The notes under the pieces were generated by a model that did not search any database, was not told the DNA's origin, and worked only from the letters and a program-made list of their open reading frames with translations. A stretch of 64,000 nucleotides of DNA, from the NCBI GenBank assembly GCA_038214135.1, contig JBBQSD010000016.1, positions 460 to 64,459 on the forward strand, given 5' to 3'. This DNA is from Chloroflexales bacterium (lineage in GTDB: Bacteria > Chloroflexota > Chloroflexia > Chloroflexales > Roseiflexaceae). A program made the translations under genes and the position numbers. Positions within the stretch are counted from its first letter, which is position 1; each line of letters opens with the position of its first letter. This document shows positions 38,609 to 47,455 of this stretch, piece after piece.

Positions 38609-38760
38609 GTGTACTTTCTCCTCAGTGATAGCGATGCATTGTTGGTTGTATGAGGAAGTGACTACGCATATAATGACATTTAAACCATTACGAAACAATG
38701 GGTTATTGGTACCGCTGATTATCAGTACTGATTGATCGATCTCATACGACGAATGGATCT

Positions 38761-39921
38761 ATGCAATCACACGATCATAGCCCAATCCGCGCCCGTGACG
38801 ATGATGAGGATCAGCCAGGCCCGTATTTGCGTCGCTTGCGTGATGTCCCGCAGGATACCGTTCATCGCCTCGATGAGGAGATCGGGCGACGCCCTGCAAC
38901 ATCATTGGGTGAGGCGCGGGCAGCTGCCTACCTCGATGGACGATTGCGGCGGGCGGGACTACGAGCATCGGCGGATACGTTTACGGCACGCCCAGGGCCT
39001 GGCTGGGAGGGGATGCTTGGTGGCGGGCTCATGCTGCTGGCCCTGCTGCTGTACTATTGGCAACCTCTTATCGCAGTGCTGCTACAGGCAATCACGCTGG
39101 GCCTTGCGGCGGCAGCTGTGATCCAGCGTGGCACACCACTGATTGAGCGAAAACGGCCAAGCCAGAATGTGATTGCCACGCGTGCCGCATCCGATCAGCG
39201 GCATCATCGTTTGGTACTCCTGGCTGCGCTCGATACACCAGCCCTACCGAGGCGAATTTCCATGCTGCTTGGTGGCGCTGCCATGCCAATGGTGCGTGCG
39301 ATTGCAGCCCTGGCTGCTCTTGGATTTGGGATGATCGGCCTGTTCGACCCACAACGACTCTGGTTTTACCTGCAATTTTTGCCAGCACTGTACCTGATTG
39401 TTGCCGCAACCCTTGATGCACTTGGGAAGCATGGATTCTGGGCACCTCAAGCAGCTGATTCGGCGGGGTTGGCCGTTCTGCTGGCCAGTTGCGAGGCATT
39501 GGACGAACTGCTGCATACCGAGCTATGGGCGATTGGGCTGGGAGCATCCACATCGCGGGCTGGCCTTGCGGATGTGCTGCGACGCTACCCCTTCGATCCA
39601 GCAACAACCCTGTTTATTGGCCTAGAAGGGCTCGGCAATGGCGAGCCCGTGTTTCTGACCCACGATGGCTGGCCGGGCCGCCAGGCTGATCCACAGATCC
39701 TGGGAATCGCAACCCAGGCCGCTGCCGATGCGCGCATCGCGATTCCTGCGCTCATTGCCACGCGCCAGGCAACCATTGCAGCCTCCCTGATGCACGAAGG
39801 CCGCCGAGCCATGACCATTGCCTGCCTTGGGCCGGGGGCATCTACTCCCACAAGCGCAGAGGCATTGGAGCGTGCCACTCGCCTGGTGATTGCAATAGCG
39901 CGGGCAGTCGATACTGTCTAA
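38761..39921 (+). CDS. membrane protein with degenerate M28-peptidase-like domain
   Basis: M28-like blocks are present (GEARAAAYLDGRLRRAGL, NVIATRA..LVLLAALDTP, ADSAGLAVLL), but the metal ligands appear replaced (AALD for HxD; AST for EE). Hydrophobic segments are inserted. Confidence 0.45.
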   Translation: MQSHDHSPIRARDDDEDQPGPYLRRLRDVPQDTVHRLDEEIGRRPATSLGEARAAAYLDGRLRRAGLRASADTFTARPGPGWEGMLGGGLMLLALLLYYWQPLIAVLLQAITLGLAAAAVIQRGTPLIERKRPSQNVIATRAASDQRHHRLVLLAALDTPALPRRISMLLGGAAMPMVRAIAALAALGFGMIGLFDPQRLWFYLQFLPALYLIVAATLDALGKHGFWAPQAADSAGLAVLLASCEALDELLHTELWAIGLGASTSRAGLADVLRRYPFDPATTLFIGLEGLGNGEPVFLTHDGWPGRQADPQILGIATQAAADARIAIPALIATRQATIAASLMHEGRRAMTIACLGPGASTPTSAEALERATRLVIAIARAVDTV

Positions 39922-41060
39922 TCCAGGTGAACCGTGGGTATGCCCTCCATGGTTTCGCGGATGAGGCTATCCACAACTGCCTTGAGATCATTTGTTTCTG
40001 CAAAAACCTTCAACTGCCGATCCGCGCTACTGCCATTGTCACACATTTTGAGTAGATACTCGACTTCGTGGCGGCTGCCAAGATCATCAACAACATCATC
40101 GACGAGCGCCACAATTTCGTGAACCAGTGCCTTGGCATCGACTTCCTGGCGCTTGCCGAGATCGAGTAGCTTGCCATCCAGGCCATAGCGTTGGGCACGC
40201 CACTTGTTCTCCATGATCAGCGCCCGCCGATAGACACGGAATGTCGTATTCTCCTCGAACATCTGATGGAACTTGACCACGATTGCCTGCATTGTTGCAG
40301 CCAGCGCCATACACTCATCGATGCGGGTTGCAATATCGCAGACGCGAAACTCAAGCGTCCCGAAACTTGGGTGCGGGCGCAGATCCCACCAGATCTTCTT
40401 GCCATTATCGATACTCTTGGTGTTGATCAGCAAATTCACATAGGCATGAAATTCTGATGCCGAATGGAACGATGGCGGAATACCAGTTCGTGGGAAATTC
40501 GCAAAGATCGATGCACGATACGATTTGAAGCCGGTATTGCGGCCCATCCAGAATGGCGAAGAACTGGAAAGCGCCAATAGATGCGGCAAAAGATAGCGAG
40601 CCACATTCATCATTTCAATCGCAACATCATCATTGGGCATCCCAACATGCACATGCATGCCAAAGATCAGTAGCTGTAGCGCAAGCTGCTGCATCTCTTC
40701 AACCACACCTTTGTAGCGATCAAATGGCGTAATCTCCTGGTTCATCCACGATGATATCGGGTGCGTGCCAGCAGCAACGATCTTGTAGCCATGAATATTC
40801 GCCAATGCCGCTATCGTCCCACGCAGACGAATAACCTCGGCTCGCGCTTCAGCAACCGTTCGACACGGCACCGTGCCAACCTCAACGATACTCTGGTGCA
40901 GTTCAGGCTTGATCTGCTCACGCAGGATCATCTGGCCCTTTTCGAGAATCTGCGTAATATACGAACGTAATTCACGCGTCTCGGGATCAACAACCTGGTA
41001 CTCTTCTTCAATCCCGATTGTGAAGGGGAAATCGGGTGCCATCGGGTTCGTGTAGTTCAT
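39918..41060 (-). CDS. carboxylate-amine ligase, YbdK/GCS2 family
   Basis: FTIGIEEEYQVVDPETREL N-terminus and a GCS2 layout. 380 aa. ATG 41060 lies 3 nt after the upstream stop, with a GAGGTGA SD. Confidence 0.85.
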   Translation of the reverse strand: MNYTNPMAPDFPFTIGIEEEYQVVDPETRELRSYITQILEKGQMILREQIKPELHQSIVEVGTVPCRTVAEARAEVIRLRGTIAALANIHGYKIVAAGTHPISSWMNQEITPFDRYKGVVEEMQQLALQLLIFGMHVHVGMPNDDVAIEMMNVARYLLPHLLALSSSSPFWMGRNTGFKSYRASIFANFPRTGIPPSFHSASEFHAYVNLLINTKSIDNGKKIWWDLRPHPSFGTLEFRVCDIATRIDECMALAATMQAIVVKFHQMFEENTTFRVYRRALIMENKWRAQRYGLDGKLLDLGKRQEVDAKALVHEIVALVDDVVDDLGSRHEVEYLLKMCDNGSSADRQLKVFAETNDLKAVVDSLIRETMEGIPTVHLD

Positions 41061-41063
41061 GCA

Positions 41064-42434
41064 TCACCTCTTCGGTTCAACAACAAAAACCGGGACTGTC
41101 GAGCCACCACCTGCCGTGACATTCAGCAGTGTGACCGTCGAGAGCCGCGATAAACAACCCTGAACCTGATTTCCAAACATAAATGGATCACAATCGACAA
41201 GCCGTCGGCCAATCTGGACCTGCCCATCAATCAGCGCCGGATAGTCCTCATAGGCGATTTCGACTCGTTCCTGGATCACAAAGGGACTCTGCAGCGCTTC
41301 CGCAAGCGCAGCATCCCATGCATCGGCTGGTGTCTCCCAACCGACCACAATGCCCTTACCGCCATATTCATCATTCGGCTTGAGCAGTAATCGTTCCTGA
41401 TTGCGGCGAGCAAACTCGATCAGATCGATTCCACTGCCCTGATAGGTTGTCGCACCAGTTCGCACGATCCGTGTCCAGGGAACGTGCCGTTCAATTGCGG
41501 ATTGCTGTTCTGGTGTAAAAAAATGCCGATTGGCATCATCGGTCAACAGTGCGAAGATCGATTTCTTGTGCAGCAATTTGGCGCGGAACGAGTTGACCAT
41601 ACAGATCTTACCGGCGGCATAGGCCTGCATGAGTGGATGATCGAGCGCCTGATCGCCATAGTGAATCAGCAGTTCCGAGGTCAGCACACGCTTATACACA
41701 AGATCAATCGGAGTTTGGCTAGCATCCGCATTGCGGGCGAACAAACGGTTCTCAGCAAAACGCAGGTCATCTGGTGTACAGATAATTGCCATCACACCAT
41801 GCTCAGCGAAATAGCGCTGGAACAGCAGGAACTCGGAATGGGTTGGCAGGCCACTCCAATCAACAATCGCAATGATCGGCTCGCTGGTGCCACCAAACTC
41901 ATGCCATGCCGCCAGCAGAGCATTAAGCAGATACTGGCGGGCTGGCAGTGCTGTTGCCGTATAGCGCTGGCCAAAGGCGCGCATCACGGGTGTGTCGAGG
42001 AACACCTCAGAGAGCTGGTCCTCGTAGGCAATCGCCGCCGGGCTCTCGCCATTATATTCAACGAATTGGAGCGAACGGCCATCAACAGTCAGGAAGGTAT
42101 CCATGCGCGAATGAACACTCGGCTCGTGGTAGCCCGGATGCATCGCAATCAACGTTTCCTCAAGCGGCGTCAGCAGAAGGCCAGCGCGCAGTTCGGCATC
42201 CTGAAGCGCCGCATCAGCCAGCGCGCGGCAGGCCGCACCAACCAATCCACAAGCCGATTGTAGCAGAGCATACTGATCCGCGGAGATCAACCGTGGCCGC
42301 AGAACAGTCGTCAGCGGGCGATCACCAAAATAGAGATTGCGCTCACGCATCCCACTTGTTAATGCCGCCCATGTATCCTGGGCCGTCTCAGTATCAAGCA
42401 AACCGTGATAGTGATCGATGGCCTGTTGAAGCAT
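41064..42434 (-). CDS. ATP-grasp superfamily amidoligase (circularly permuted type-2 / GspS-like)
   Basis: LYFGDRPLTTVLRPRLIS, LQFVEYNGESPAAIAYE and a glycine-rich loop LLKPNDEYGGKGIVVG. The family assignment is from memory of PF14403-like proteins. Confidence 0.55.
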   Translation of the reverse strand: MLQQAIDHYHGLLDTETAQDTWAALTSGMRERNLYFGDRPLTTVLRPRLISADQYALLQSACGLVGAACRALADAALQDAELRAGLLLTPLEETLIAMHPGYHEPSVHSRMDTFLTVDGRSLQFVEYNGESPAAIAYEDQLSEVFLDTPVMRAFGQRYTATALPARQYLLNALLAAWHEFGGTSEPIIAIVDWSGLPTHSEFLLFQRYFAEHGVMAIICTPDDLRFAENRLFARNADASQTPIDLVYKRVLTSELLIHYGDQALDHPLMQAYAAGKICMVNSFRAKLLHKKSIFALLTDDANRHFFTPEQQSAIERHVPWTRIVRTGATTYQGSGIDLIEFARRNQERLLLKPNDEYGGKGIVVGWETPADAWDAALAEALQSPFVIQERVEIAYEDYPALIDGQVQIGRRLVDCDPFMFGNQVQGCLSRLSTVTLLNVTAGGGSTVPVFVVEPKR

Positions 42435-42646
42435 AGAGATTCCTTATACATTATGGATACCACTGTGCGTGGCAGGCACCAGGAGCATTCCCTTGACCAT
42501 GGCGACTGCTGTTTCGTGGGAACCGTTCCGTCAACGCCCAGAGGGCACCCGCCACACCCTCCAACCGGCCAGGCGCTACGCCCTGGACCCGTACTAGATG
42601 TTCTTGGCTCGCCATTGTTGTGTAGTCATGCCTCGGCTGCGATCAA
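42435..42646 (-). other. ~212-nt GC-rich leader element, copy E2
   Basis: The minus strand begins TTGATCGCAGCCGAGGCAT (42646-42628). It has loose similarity to E1 afterwards (GCCA.AA..CAT.T.G..GGG..AGG..TGGCCGG). Confidence 0.35.
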
Positions 42647-42690
42647 GATATGATGCTGGCTGGTTTGGGCGAACACAAGGTTCACCCTAT

Positions 42691-42727
42691 CTCGGTTCGG
42701 TATTCTGACTCCTGACTCCTGGATACT
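42691..42727. repeat. single STRR-like heptamer arm
   Basis: CTCGGTTCGGTATTCTGACTCCTGACTCCTGGATACT. It abuts the stop codon of the ATP-grasp gene. Confidence 0.85.
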
Positions 42728-43668
42728 CAAGATGCATTCAGCAGCTTCGTCCACAGCATGCCCTCATACTGAATCGGCCTCTGGTTGGCCTTCTCAATCG
42801 CCAGATCGGCCATCGCGCTGACTGCCCAGTTAAAAAACCGTGCTTTGAGCGAATAGTAATCCATATCGGGAGCCGGGTTGGTGAAATCGATTGCGTAGGG
42901 GATACCATCACGCAGCGCAAACTCACATGTGTTCATGTCGTAGCCAAGTGCCGTTGTGATCTTGAGTGCATCGCTGACAATCCGATCATGCTCTTCAGGT
43001 GTGAAGAACCCTGGCTCATCGAAGTAGCGATTCGGATAGGGCTGGCTGACATCGAATTTCATCACCAGCACCTTCTCATGGCCAATCACGAAGCAACGGG
43101 CATATTTCTGCCAATCGATGAATTCCTGGAGCATCATACACTCGGTGCCCGTCTGATCATAGGCACGCCAGAGTTCGCTCATGGAATTCAATTTGAAAAC
43201 ATTCTTGAACCCGCCGCCCGCCGATGGCTTGAGGATAACCGGGAAGCCGCCAACATGCGCAAGATGCTCTTCCCATGGAATACGATCCTTCAGGTTCCGC
43301 AGTGATTCGGGATGCACGATACCCTCGATATACGAATGTGATGGCAGTGCTATCGATTTCGGGTGGGCCACGCCGATCTTGGCACAGATCGTCGCACCAA
43401 CGAATTTATCATCGGCACTCCACCAGAATGGATTATTGATCACATAGGTTCCACCGAGCATGGCTGTTTTTAGAAACGTGCGGTAGTATGGCACCTCATG
43501 CGAGATTCTATCGATAATCACAGCATACTCGGGTGCCTCGGCCATGTATGTGCCGCTGAGCTGAACGAATTCGGCTACCACACCGGCATTGCGGCGATTC
43601 ACTTCCTCAATGAATGCCTGCGGCCAGGTATTCTCACGACCAACCATAATGCCAATCTTCTTGGTCAT
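42727..43668 (-). CDS. ATP-grasp domain protein (RimK-like fold)
   Basis: Glycine-rich loop ILKPSAGGGFKNV. 313 aa. SD AAGGAG is present. Confidence 0.7.
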   Translation of the reverse strand: MTKKIGIMVGRENTWPQAFIEEVNRRNAGVVAEFVQLSGTYMAEAPEYAVIIDRISHEVPYYRTFLKTAMLGGTYVINNPFWWSADDKFVGATICAKIGVAHPKSIALPSHSYIEGIVHPESLRNLKDRIPWEEHLAHVGGFPVILKPSAGGGFKNVFKLNSMSELWRAYDQTGTECMMLQEFIDWQKYARCFVIGHEKVLVMKFDVSQPYPNRYFDEPGFFTPEEHDRIVSDALKITTALGYDMNTCEFALRDGIPYAIDFTNPAPDMDYYSLKARFFNWAVSAMADLAIEKANQRPIQYEGMLWTKLLNAS

Positions 43669-43722
43669 ATACTGCTCCTTAAGGGTATATTTCCGTCAGG
43701 GCGCATCTGACGGGCTTGTACG

Positions 43723-43740
43723 GGCGCGATATATCGCGCC
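43723..43740. repeat. palindrome GGCGCGATATATCGCGCC
   Basis: A perfect 18-bp palindrome flanked by GTACG..., like the GGGCGGTTCGCGAACCGCCC family. A second hairpin, CGTCAG-GGCGCAT-CTGACG, lies at 43695-43713. Confidence 0.7.
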
Positions 43741-43778
43741 ACTGCGGATCTCGATCTTTTATATGAGCCATGAGGCTA

Positions 43779-44462
43779 CTAACCAATATGTTCCCTGAAA
43801 AAGGCTAACGTGCGCTGCCAGGAATCGCCAGCGGCGGCGGCATCATAATTGGAGCCATGATCATTCATAAAGGAATGTTTTGCACCATCATAGATCTTTA
43901 TATCGTGGGGGATGGCATATTCACCCAGCGTTGTATCGAGTTTGCGGCCTGCGCCTGTCGTGAAATCACCAGTTGGGTAGGAGCCGACCACCGGGCAGAG
44001 CCGCCGAACTGCCTCAAGCGGACGTGGGTTCATGCCATAGTATGGTGCAATCGCCTTCAGCCGCTGATCGGTGCAGGCCCAGGCAATCGCAAACCCGCCA
44101 CCCATACAATAGCCAACCGCACCAACCCGCTTTGGGTCAACTTCAGGCCGCGCCGAAAGCCAATCCAGCGACGCTTTGAGATCGTGAATACCGCCATTAT
44201 CGGTCGAATTGAAGATCATGCCACCAAAGAACCGAAGCATGCAGATCGCCCGATTGCGATTGGCAAACAGATCGACCGAGAGCGTCACATAGCCCTGTTC
44301 GGCATAACGGCGGGCAATATCCTGCATGTTCTCATTCAGCCCAAACACTTCGTGAATAGCGATCAGCGCCGGGTGTGGGCCAGGGCCATCGGGCAAGGCT
44401 AGGTAGCCTGCCAACGTTTCGCTACCCGAGCGGAAGGTGATCGATTCGGTTTGAACAGGCAT
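43779..44462 (-). CDS. dienelactone hydrolase family protein
   Basis: GYCMGG nucleophile motif and GAKHSF His. I set the start to ATG 44462 (MPVQTESITF), which has AAGGGA upstream. ATG 44489 is an alternative. Confidence 0.8.
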   Translation of the reverse strand: MPVQTESITFRSGSETLAGYLALPDGPGPHPALIAIHEVFGLNENMQDIARRYAEQGYVTLSVDLFANRNRAICMLRFFGGMIFNSTDNGGIHDLKASLDWLSARPEVDPKRVGAVGYCMGGGFAIAWACTDQRLKAIAPYYGMNPRPLEAVRRLCPVVGSYPTGDFTTGAGRKLDTTLGEYAIPHDIKIYDGAKHSFMNDHGSNYDAAAAGDSWQRTLAFFREHIG

Positions 44463-44498
44463 TCGGCGGCTTCCCTTCACATGAACCACGGCATTATG

Positions 44499-45218
44499 TT
44501 AATTCGCACCATTGATATACAACTGGATCATTCTATGCCAGTATGGCCAATCGTGTGCCCAGCCATCCCATAATCGCAGTGCATGCCAGATCCCTTTTGA
44601 CCACAGCGCATCCGAGAGTTGGGTATTGGTGTTCGCCGCCGTATCATCACGGCCAATCGCCATAATAATTTCGAGCCGTTTGAGTTGATCGAGCTGGTGG
44701 CCTGCTTGAAGGCTCTGGATCATGGCGATTGGGTGGTGATAGTGGACTTCCTCATCATAATAGCCCTCCAGGAAGCGCGTCGTATCGTACAGGCCGGCGA
44801 AGGCCAGCACCCGATTGAAACGATCTGGGTGGCGCAGACCAAACAACATGGCATGAATGGCACCAAATGAGCAGCCATGCAGCATGGTGAACTGGTTCGC
44901 ATTCTGGGAGCGGATCAGCGGCAGCACCTCATTGAGCACATAGCGCTCATATTGATCATGGCGGTACAATCGTTCGCGGGGATGCATCGATTTCGCATAC
45001 CAACTCTCGGCATCGACGCTATCGAGGCAATAGAGTTGAACCCAACCCTGTTCGATCTGCTGCGACAATGCGCCGACCATGCCACGGTCTTCATATTCAA
45101 AAAAGCGGCCCTTCGATGTCGGGAAGACGATCACCGGCGCGCCAGCATGGCCAAAGACAAGCAATTCCATTGGCCGGTTCAGCGCGGGGCTGTGCCACTG
45201 ATGGTAGGAGCGGTGCAT
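44499..45218 (-). CDS. esterase family protein (alpha/beta hydrolase, PF00756-like)
   Basis: MHRSYHQWHSPALNRPMELLVFGHAGAPVIVFPTS and GxSxG (GCSFGA). I set the start to ATG 45218. The upstream ATGs at 45254 and 45323 would overlap the divergent gene. Confidence 0.75.
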   Translation of the reverse strand: MHRSYHQWHSPALNRPMELLVFGHAGAPVIVFPTSKGRFFEYEDRGMVGALSQQIEQGWVQLYCLDSVDAESWYAKSMHPRERLYRHDQYERYVLNEVLPLIRSQNANQFTMLHGCSFGAIHAMLFGLRHPDRFNRVLAFAGLYDTTRFLEGYYDEEVHYHHPIAMIQSLQAGHQLDQLKRLEIIMAIGRDDTAANTNTQLSDALWSKGIWHALRLWDGWAHDWPYWHRMIQLYINGAN

Positions 45219-45353
45219 ATGCGCCGTTTCTGTATAATGCAAAGAATGAAGCATCGCAATGATACTGTGTAGCGCTACACCTGTCAAAATAATGCAACCA
45301 GAATGATCCAGCAAACGTATCATGCTACAGATAGACGAAAGGTAGCATCAGCT

Positions 45354-46034
45354 ATGCAAACGACATTCACAACATGCCAGAGCTGTGGCGGCGAAAGCCC
45401 CAGCAACGCACAATATTGTATTGAATGCGGCGAATCGCTGGCATTGGCGATTGGCCCAACAACCAAACTGGCCTCACCAACCTGCCCAAGTTGCGGATCG
45501 GAGAACCCTGTTGATGGGCAATTCTGTGCGATCTGTGGCCGCAGCATGCCGAATGTGAATACCGTTGGGCAGGCGTGGGTGCCACCCCAATCGATGCCAC
45601 AGGCACGCTTGCGTCCACAACCAGCATCAATACCGAGTGTACGGCCAAACCGTATTCCGGTGATACCGCCTGCTGCAATTCCGCCACCTGTACCGCCGAT
45701 CCCACCACAACAGAGTTACCCACGCCCGATGACAGCCCAACGCCAGTATCATCCTGTTCGGCGGCGTGGCATCGGCCCAGCCGGGATTGTGCTCATCTTC
45801 GGCATGGCTGCATTATTCTTGATGAAACTGATGAGTTGGCCGCTGTTTTTACTCGTTGGCGCAGCCGCCTTTCTGGTCTATCAGGCCGAACGTGGCCGCC
45901 TGAACCAGAGCCTGCGCATGGTTATTATGGCAGGAGCCGGCCTATTCGTGATGAGTAACCCACGCATGTGGCCGATTATGCTGGTGGCATTTGTGGTGAT
46001 GAAACTTCTAGGGGGCAATCGGCGGATTTGGTAG
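45354..46034 (+). CDS. double zinc-ribbon protein with Pro-rich linker and C-terminal TM segments
   Basis: CQSCGG..CIECG and CPSCGS..CAICG motifs. I set the start to ATG 45354 (MQTTFTTC). Confidence 0.7.
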   Translation: MQTTFTTCQSCGGESPSNAQYCIECGESLALAIGPTTKLASPTCPSCGSENPVDGQFCAICGRSMPNVNTVGQAWVPPQSMPQARLRPQPASIPSVRPNRIPVIPPAAIPPPVPPIPPQQSYPRPMTAQRQYHPVRRRGIGPAGIVLIFGMAALFLMKLMSWPLFLLVGAAAFLVYQAERGRLNQSLRMVIMAGAGLFVMSNPRMWPIMLVAFVVMKLLGGNRRIW

Positions 46035-46056
46035 GTGATATCTACACAATCCTGTA

Positions 46057-46130
46057 GGGGCGGTTCGCGAACCGCCCGCAATGCCGATCATTATGCATCA
46101 TATCATAATGGGTGGTTCGCAAACCACCCC
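46057..46130. repeat. two REP-like palindromes
   Basis: GGGGCGGTTCGCGAACCGCCC (46057-77) and the variant GGGTGGTTCGCAAACCACCCC (46110-30). Confidence 0.85.
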
Positions 46131-46167
46131 GACCCTTGCCTCCTGAATACTCGCAAAGGAGCGAGCC

Positions 46168-47319
46168 ATGAACTTCGATCTCACCCCAGAACAGCAGCTC
46201 ACCCGTGATGCCGTTCGTGATTTCGCCAACCGCGAGATCGCCCCCAAAGCCCGTCATGTCGATGAAACAGGCGAGTTTCCGCTCGAAACCTTTCACAAGA
46301 TGGGCGCATTGGGCCTGATGGGCCTGCCCTTTCCAGAGGAGTATGGCGGAGCTGCCGCCGATAGTGTCAGCACTGCTATTGCAATCGAGGAAGTTGCGCG
46401 GGCATGTGGCTCAACTGCACTCGCCTATGCGGCGCATATTGGGCTTGGCTCGGCACCAATTGCGCTGTTCGGCAGCCATGCCCAGAAGGAGCGCTTCCTA
46501 CGCCCTGCTGCGGAGGGCAAAACCATTGCTGCATTCGCCCTGACCGAACCCCATGCTGGATCGGATGCTGGTGCAACCCGCACAACGGCCCGGCTTGCTG
46601 GCGATCAATGGGTGATCAATGGTGCGAAGATGTGGATCACCAATGCGCCTGTTGCTGGGCACCTGATCGTTACTGCTGTCACCAACCCCGATGAAAAGCA
46701 TGCAATCAGCGCTCTGATCGTTCCTGGCGGCAGCGCTGGCCTCAGCTTTGGCAAACACGAACCAAAGATGGGGTTGCGTGGTTCGCTCAGCACTGCCGTG
46801 ATGTTCGATGATGTGCGGATACCGCATGATCATCTGCTTGGCACACGTGGCCGCGGCTTCATTCAATTCCTCAAAGTACTCGATGGTGGCCGGATCGGCA
46901 TTGCGGCAATGGCGATTGGGCTTGCCCAGGCCGCCTTCGATGTTGCCAGCACCTATGCCAAGGAGCGCAGCGCCTTTGGCAAGCCAATTGGTGCCTATGA
47001 ATCGATCTCGAATATGATCGCCGATATGGCACTTGGCCTGCATGCCGCCCGGCTTATGCTCTATCAGGCAGCCTGGTTGCGCGATGCCAATCGGCCCTAT
47101 AGCCGTGAAGCGGCAATGGCCAAACTGTATGCCTCCGAAGTTGGTGAACGAATCTGCCGCGATGCCATTCAGGTGCTTGGCGGCTATGGGTACAGCCAGG
47201 AATTTCCGCTCGAACGGATCTACCGCGACCAGCGCCTGCTCACGATTGGCGAGGGTACATCCGAGATTTTGCGAGTTGTGATCGGTCGGCACATCCTTGG
47301 CGATTTCGTGGGCAAATAA
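46168..47319 (+). CDS. acyl-CoA dehydrogenase
   Basis: ALTEPHAGSDAG and TIGEGTSEILR motifs. 383 aa. SD AAAGGAG is present. Confidence 0.92.
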   Translation: MNFDLTPEQQLTRDAVRDFANREIAPKARHVDETGEFPLETFHKMGALGLMGLPFPEEYGGAAADSVSTAIAIEEVARACGSTALAYAAHIGLGSAPIALFGSHAQKERFLRPAAEGKTIAAFALTEPHAGSDAGATRTTARLAGDQWVINGAKMWITNAPVAGHLIVTAVTNPDEKHAISALIVPGGSAGLSFGKHEPKMGLRGSLSTAVMFDDVRIPHDHLLGTRGRGFIQFLKVLDGGRIGIAAMAIGLAQAAFDVASTYAKERSAFGKPIGAYESISNMIADMALGLHAARLMLYQAAWLRDANRPYSREAAMAKLYASEVGERICRDAIQVLGGYGYSQEFPLERIYRDQRLLTIGEGTSEILRVVIGRHILGDFVGK

Positions 47320-47455
47320 TTAGTACCTACGATTGACTATCGTTTACGATTGTTCATCGTTGGATAACGAATCTGCAAGCGAGAATGGCGCAGATTGTCA
47401 GCGGTTGTGCGGAAGGAAGGCATAGACTACTCGTTATGGTAGCGTAAAGCACGCA

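Noticed and set aside
42451-42615. A 54-codon minus-strand ORF (MASQEHLVRV...CHAQWYP) inside the E2 leader, considered as a possible precursor peptide for the ATP-grasp ligases.
   Set aside because: It has no SD. Its composition reflects the GC-rich element. The related E1 copy has no equivalent ORF. It has no Thr/Ser-Asp/Glu-Lys core as seen in graspetide precursors.
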